A DNA stretch of 64,000 nucleotides from Candidatus Fraserbacteria bacterium. Lineage in GTDB: Bacteria > Bipolaricaulota > Bipolaricaulia > RBG-16-55-9. The stretch spans positions 5,166 through 69,165 of the forward strand of contig JBBIOR010000006.1 of NCBI GenBank assembly GCA_037443265.1, in the 5' to 3' direction. Shown one piece after another: positions 59,527-64,000 of the stretch (its first letter is position 1; the number at the start of each line of letters is the position of its first letter). The notes beneath the pieces were generated by a model, which saw only the letters and a program-made list of their open reading frames with translations, was not told the origin of the DNA and did not search any database. The position numbers and the translations under genes were made by a program.

Positions 59527-59668
59527 GGCTGGGTGTGTACCTGTAAGGAGGTGGTTCTCCTGCAGCCCCTAAGGAGGTCTCTAAATGTCTAGCAAGCATC
59601 CCGATCATAACGGACGCTCGGTGGAAAGAGAATGGAAGCCAGGTGAAAATTGGGTGGAAATGTGCTGG

Positions 59669-60964
59669 CTAGAATTGCACTGAGAATCCTAGCACCCAGC
59701 CCCGCCGGTTGTGGAAGCTTACGCTCAAAAGATTCGACCCCACAGGCACAGCCACTCCAGCGAACGCCGTAAGATAGCTCACGGTCTCACGGTAGCCGTT
59801 GGGCAAGATCTCCACTAGAGGAGCCAGGGCACTTATGATGATGACACCGCCGGGCGCGGCGATGTGAACCCGCTCTTGGACGGCGATCCCACCCCCCAGC
59901 TGCAGATAGAACGCGCCCATAGCCGGCAGCGAGAGCTTCACATACGCTTCCGTTTCAGGGCCTTGGTTGTAGATCCGCTCGCTGGGAAATCTCTCCTGGC
60001 GGCCGATGTCATAGTAGGGGGGCACGTCGTCTTGGGTGAAGGAGATCGAGCCTCCTAGGCTCAGGCCAGCCGGGAAGCCCAGCTCCAAGCCCGCGCTGAA
60101 GAGGCCAGCAGCATTCAAGCCGGCGTTCAGGCCCAGCGCGAGCGCCGAGAGGCCCACTTCTTCTCCCCCTGTGGGAGGGCTAGAAGGAAAGAGCGAAGGC
60201 CGCGCCGGCTCCAGCAAGACGCTCAGCTCGCTGCGGGCCCGATTCGCCAGAGTGACGGTCTTCGACCAACGCTGATAGCCGCTTTTGATGATCTCGATGC
60301 GCACGCGTCCGGGGGCTACCTCTAGCTCCAGGGGGCTGACCCCGCGCAGCTCTCCATTGACATAGACTTGGGCTCCCTGGGGTTCTGAGATGATTTTCAG
60401 ATGCGCCACGGCCGGAGCGATTAAAAATTGAGTCCAGTCCGCAGCCCACTCGTCGGGCTCCACGGTGATCTCGATCAGCTTCTGGATTTGAGCTCTGAGC
60501 GCCTTGGGATCATCGCTGAGCTGTGGGAAAGGGTTCTCATCTTGGGCCACGAGCTCCGGGAGCGCGAGAGGCTTGAGCAGCGCAATCGCCTGCAGGAGCT
60601 CAACGCCGAGTGGCTCTGTCACGACCCAGCTATAGGTGGGTCTATCGGGCAGCGTATGCCGGCCCGCCTTCAAGAAATTATCCCATGAGAAGCCGTTGGG
60701 GAAGAGCAGCGTCGCTTGCCCTTCCGGGTTGATGTCATAGACGTACACATACGCATCTCGGCTAAGTTCTAGTTGAATTTTGAGGGCTTCCTTCGGGCTA
60801 TAGACTTGGCGATCTGTTTTGATCTTAATAGAAAAGGCGCTCTCAGGCGGGGAGACGAGGATCCCCTCTGGAGCGGCCTTTTCGTCCTCGGCGGAGATCT
60901 TTACGCTGCCAGCCAGCAAGATCAAGCTCATCAGCCCATATAACATAAGACGCTTGGGCATCAT
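59669..60964 (-). CDS. DUF4384 + PEGA domain protein with beta-barrel-like C-terminus
   Basis: DAYVYVYDI..LLFPN (DUF4384); SEPQGAQVYVNG..SPL (PEGA); ends GWVLGFSVQF. Confidence 0.8.
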   Translation of the reverse strand: MMPKRLMLYGLMSLILLAGSVKISAEDEKAAPEGILVSPPESAFSIKIKTDRQVYSPKEALKIQLELSRDAYVYVYDINPEGQATLLFPNGFSWDNFLKAGRHTLPDRPTYSWVVTEPLGVELLQAIALLKPLALPELVAQDENPFPQLSDDPKALRAQIQKLIEITVEPDEWAADWTQFLIAPAVAHLKIISEPQGAQVYVNGELRGVSPLELEVAPGRVRIEIIKSGYQRWSKTVTLANRARSELSVLLEPARPSLFPSSPPTGGEEVGLSALALGLNAGLNAAGLFSAGLELGFPAGLSLGGSISFTQDDVPPYYDIGRQERFPSERIYNQGPETEAYVKLSLPAMGAFYLQLGGGIAVQERVHIAAPGGVIIISALAPLVEILPNGYRETVSYLTAFAGVAVPVGSNLLSVSFHNRRGWVLGFSVQF

Positions 60965-60997
60965 CCTCACCTCACCTCACCTGCTCAGCGTTCCCCC

Positions 60998-62224
60998 TCA
61001 TAGCGGGATGACAAGATCTTTGGGAGACGGAGTCATACTATGAAATTCTCCGTCTTCATCGCAGTAGTATGTGTCTTCGATGCGGATGCCGAAGCCGCGC
61101 TCCGGATAATAGAGCCCCGGCTCAATGGTGAAGACCATGCCGGGCCGAAGGGGCGTCTGGCACCGGCCGAAGGTGGGGAAATAGGGCTCCTCGTGGAGCT
61201 CGAGCCCGACGCCGTGGCCCAGGCTGTGCACGTAGCCTTCTTGGGCTTTGGGATCGCTCTTTAGGGTGCGATGGCCCCGCTTCTCGAAGAACTCACAGGC
61301 CAGGTGCTGATAGCGCTGGGTGATCTCTCCGGCTTTCAAGGCGCCCAGTACCGTCTCGAAGCACTCCAGCACATCGCGATAGGCCCGCTCAATCTCAGCC
61401 GGGGCGTATCCCAGGCAGAAGGTGCGGGTCATGTCGTGGCAGTAGCCGCCGGGCTCTTGGGGAAAGAGATCGAAGACGATCGTCCGGCCCAGCGGGATGA
61501 GATCTTTGGGATTGCCCCTTGAATGCGGCACGCCCGCATCCCGTCCGACGGCGAAGATGCACTCCCCTCTTGACTCCAAGCCGCGACGCGCCAGCTCTAA
61601 GCGGATGAACTCCTTCACGTTCGCCACCGTCAGCGGCCGTCCGTCTTCTCGGATCAGAGTGTCTTTCTCTACCCGATGGGACTTCAGAAATTCGACGACG
61701 GCCTCGAAGAGGTCACACGTCTGCTCTCCCACGCGCCGAAGCCTTTCGATTTCAACGGTGTCTTTCGTCTCCCGCGCGACTCCAAAGATATCTCGATCGT
61801 ACTCGCCTAGGATCTCGACGCCGGGGACTTTTACGCTCAGTGCCCGCAAGAACTCGTAATAAGCGCTAATAGGCCCGGTGCCGTAGAAGGCCACCCGGCC
61901 CTCTATGTTGAGGTCTTCAAAGATCCGTCGATAGAGCTCCACGCGGGCCTCTAAATGATCGGGAAACTCTTCGAGGATCTCGTGAAGGGGCCAGCGGTCG
62001 AAGTTGATCAACTCCAGTCCTGTAGCCTCTGCTGAGGCGCGCTCCATCGAGCGATAGAGGAGCTTGGCCCGCTCGCCCCGCTTTAGGATCACCGTCCCTA
62101 CGAGGTGCTCCCCATTCACCAGATAAGCAAACGTCGGATTGGCTCTGTAGGTCCCGTCCGGCCCTTCCACGATGGCCACGTCAATTCTGCGCTCGTGCAT
62201 CAATCGCTCAATATCGCTCTTCAT
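60998..62224 (-). CDS. M24 Xaa-Pro aminopeptidase family
   Basis: DMTRTF, HSLGHGVGLELHE, TIEPGLY, GIRIED. Confidence 0.92.
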   Translation of the reverse strand: MKSDIERLMHERRIDVAIVEGPDGTYRANPTFAYLVNGEHLVGTVILKRGERAKLLYRSMERASAEATGLELINFDRWPLHEILEEFPDHLEARVELYRRIFEDLNIEGRVAFYGTGPISAYYEFLRALSVKVPGVEILGEYDRDIFGVARETKDTVEIERLRRVGEQTCDLFEAVVEFLKSHRVEKDTLIREDGRPLTVANVKEFIRLELARRGLESRGECIFAVGRDAGVPHSRGNPKDLIPLGRTIVFDLFPQEPGGYCHDMTRTFCLGYAPAEIERAYRDVLECFETVLGALKAGEITQRYQHLACEFFEKRGHRTLKSDPKAQEGYVHSLGHGVGLELHEEPYFPTFGRCQTPLRPGMVFTIEPGLYYPERGFGIRIEDTYYCDEDGEFHSMTPSPKDLVIPL

Positions 62225-63384
62225 GGGGAGCGCTCCTCGATCGGGATGTAGCGCTGCTCTTGGGGGCCGCGGTAATCCTCCTTGGGACGGATCAGGACGT
62301 TGTGGCCGTACTGCTCCAGCACATGGGCTGCCCAGCCGCTCACGCGAGCCATGGCAAAGATGGGCGTAAAGAGCTCCTTGGGGATGCCCAGCATGTGATA
62401 TATCACAGCCGAATAGAAGTCCACGTTGGGGTAGACGCCCTTGGGGCCCAGGAGCTCCGTACCCACCTGCTCCACCGCGCGCGCGATGTCATAGAGTGGA
62501 TGGTGACCGCGGACCTCGGCCAACCCTTCAATGAGGGCTTGCAAGATGATGGCCCGTGGATCTTTCGTCTTGTACACTCGATGCCCCATGCCCCAGACCC
62601 TCTCCTTGCGCGCCAGCACCCCTTCAATATAGGGACGGACGTTCTGAGTGGAGCCGATGGCCTGAAGCATCTCGATCACTTGGGTATTGGCTCCCCCATG
62701 GAGCGGCCCCTTGAGGGTCCCGATAGCTGAAGTGATGGCCGAATAGAGATCAGAGAGCGTGGAAGCCGTCACCCGCGCGGCAAAGGTGGAAGCGTTAAAG
62801 CCGTGATCGGCATGCAGGATCAAGCAGACATCGAAGGTGCGCGCGCTCGTCTCATCAGGCTCTTTCCCCGAGAGCATGAAGAGAAAATTCGCGGCGTGGC
62901 TGAGCCCTTCCTGGGGCGCAAGGGGCTTCAAATCCCGCCGCAGTCGGTCATGGGCGGCCAAGATCGTAGGCATCTTGGCGATGAGCTTGAGGGCTTTGCG
63001 CCGGTTAGCTTCTTCTTCTTCTTTGGGTTTGGGTTTGGGGTCGTCGGCCTGAGGATCGAAGAGGGCGATGGCGGAGACCATCGTGCGCAGAACATCCATG
63101 GGCGCGGCACTCGCCGGGAGAGCCTGAAGGATCTTCAGTTCTGCGGGGGAGAGGGCCCGCTGGGCCTTCAAGTCTTGAGAGAAACGATCGAGCTCCTCAC
63201 GGGTAGGGAGCTCCCCATAGAGCAACAGAAAAGCCGTCTCCTCGTACGTGGAGTGCCGAGCTAAATCGCCAATATCATAGCCACGATAGCGAAGAACGCC
63301 GCGCTGGCCATCGATGAAGCAGATCGTGGACTCAGCGATGACGACGCCCTTCAGACCCTCATGTAGTTCTGTTGGTTTGGCCAT
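62221..63384 (-). CDS. Citrate (or 2-methylcitrate) synthase, dimeric type
   Basis: LRYRGY, DHGFNASTF, GPLHGGAN, GMGHRVY, PNVDFY. Confidence 0.93.
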   Translation of the reverse strand: MAKPTELHEGLKGVVIAESTICFIDGQRGVLRYRGYDIGDLARHSTYEETAFLLLYGELPTREELDRFSQDLKAQRALSPAELKILQALPASAAPMDVLRTMVSAIALFDPQADDPKPKPKEEEEANRRKALKLIAKMPTILAAHDRLRRDLKPLAPQEGLSHAANFLFMLSGKEPDETSARTFDVCLILHADHGFNASTFAARVTASTLSDLYSAITSAIGTLKGPLHGGANTQVIEMLQAIGSTQNVRPYIEGVLARKERVWGMGHRVYKTKDPRAIILQALIEGLAEVRGHHPLYDIARAVEQVGTELLGPKGVYPNVDFYSAVIYHMLGIPKELFTPIFAMARVSGWAAHVLEQYGHNVLIRPKEDYRGPQEQRYIPIEERSP

Positions 63385-63396
63385 GAACTTACTCCT

Positions 63397-64000
63397 TCAT
63401 TCCCGTTGATCTTTTAAGCGCGGCATGTGAATTCCCTGCTCTTTGGCCACGCGGATGGCCTCTGGGTAGCCCGCGTCCGCGTGGCGCACGACTCCTAAGC
63501 CCGGATCGACGGTCAAAACCCTCTCTAAACGCCTGGCGGCCTCTTTTGTGCCGTCGGCCACGATGACCATTCCCGCGTGAATGGATTTCCCGATGCCCAC
63601 GCCGCCGCCGTGATGGACCGAGACCCACGTGGCCCCGCAGACGGCATTGAGCAGCGCGTTCAAGATGGGCCAGTCAGCGATGGGATCGCTGCCGTCTCTC
63701 ATGCCTTCGGTCTCGCGATAGGGCGAGGCCACGGAGCCGGCATCCAAGTGATCGCGCCCGATCACGATGGGGGCCTTAAGCGCCCCGCAGCGCACCAGTT
63801 CATTGAAATGGAGCCCGGCTTGGGCTCTCTCCCCATAGCCCAGCCAGCAGATGCGCGCCGGAAGCCCCTGGAATGTGACGCGCTTCTGGGCTTGGGTGAT
63901 CCAGCGCCTAAGCGCTTCATCTTTCGGGAAGAGCTCTAAAATGGCTCGATCGGTGCGATAGAGGTCTTCGGGATCTCCCGAGAGGGCCACCCAGCGGAAG
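63397..64000 (-). CDS. hutU: Urocanate hydratase (5'-truncated by window edge)
   Basis: [39 protein letters not shown]. Confidence 0.97.
   Translation of the reverse strand, partial: FRWVALSGDPEDLYRTDRAILELFPKDEALRRWITQAQKRVTFQGLPARICWLGYGERAQAGLHFNELVRCGALKAPIVIGRDHLDAGSVASPYRETEGMRDGSDPIADWPILNALLNAVCGATWVSVHHGGGVGIGKSIHAGMVIVADGTKEAARRLERVLTVDPGLGVVRHADAGYPEAIRVAKEQGIHMPRLKDQRE

Noticed and set aside
1..64000. CRISPR array, IS element, prophage, selenoprotein
   Set aside because: No regularly spaced repeats, transposase, integrase or phage genes seen, and no convincing in-frame TGA within a conserved domain; assessed by eye only

Overview
GC-rich (roughly 60%, by eye) bacterial chromosome segment, mostly housekeeping, with no CRISPR array, prophage or IS element detectable. 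A 'LANGVYLY...RKLVVLR' C-terminal domain, a DUF4384-PEGA protein, a lamin-tail protein and several archaeal-like genes suggest Candidatus Bipolaricaulota (Acetothermia); this is inference only. The left 6.9 kb carries part of an anaerobic benzoyl-CoA (Bzd-type) aromatic-degradation operon on the minus strand: HTH-GNAT fusion, amidohydrolase, dienoyl-CoA hydratase-like enzyme, PK_C-like protein, an internally deleted flavin reductase, bzdN, and bzdO. bzdO is missing from the ORF track and runs off the left edge. An antisense VapBC module interrupts the operon. The rest includes miaB, ispG, glyA, rho, murA (Cys->Asp variant), hflX, holB, rnc, prfA, a TetR-controlled Liv-type ABC transporter with two Tat-exported binding proteins, metK, purF, an archaeal-type Lhr, groESL with CIRCE, topA, a DUF302/methyltransferase/DUF302 trio, potDBCA, a secreted cohesin-dockerin-like protein, a Fur-family regulator, citrate synthase and hutU (partial), plus 8 tRNAs. 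Non-coding highlights are a highly structured ~250 nt unannotated element at 37.1-37.4 kb and recurrent leaderless promoter architecture. All family assignments are from motif recognition by eye; no searches were run.
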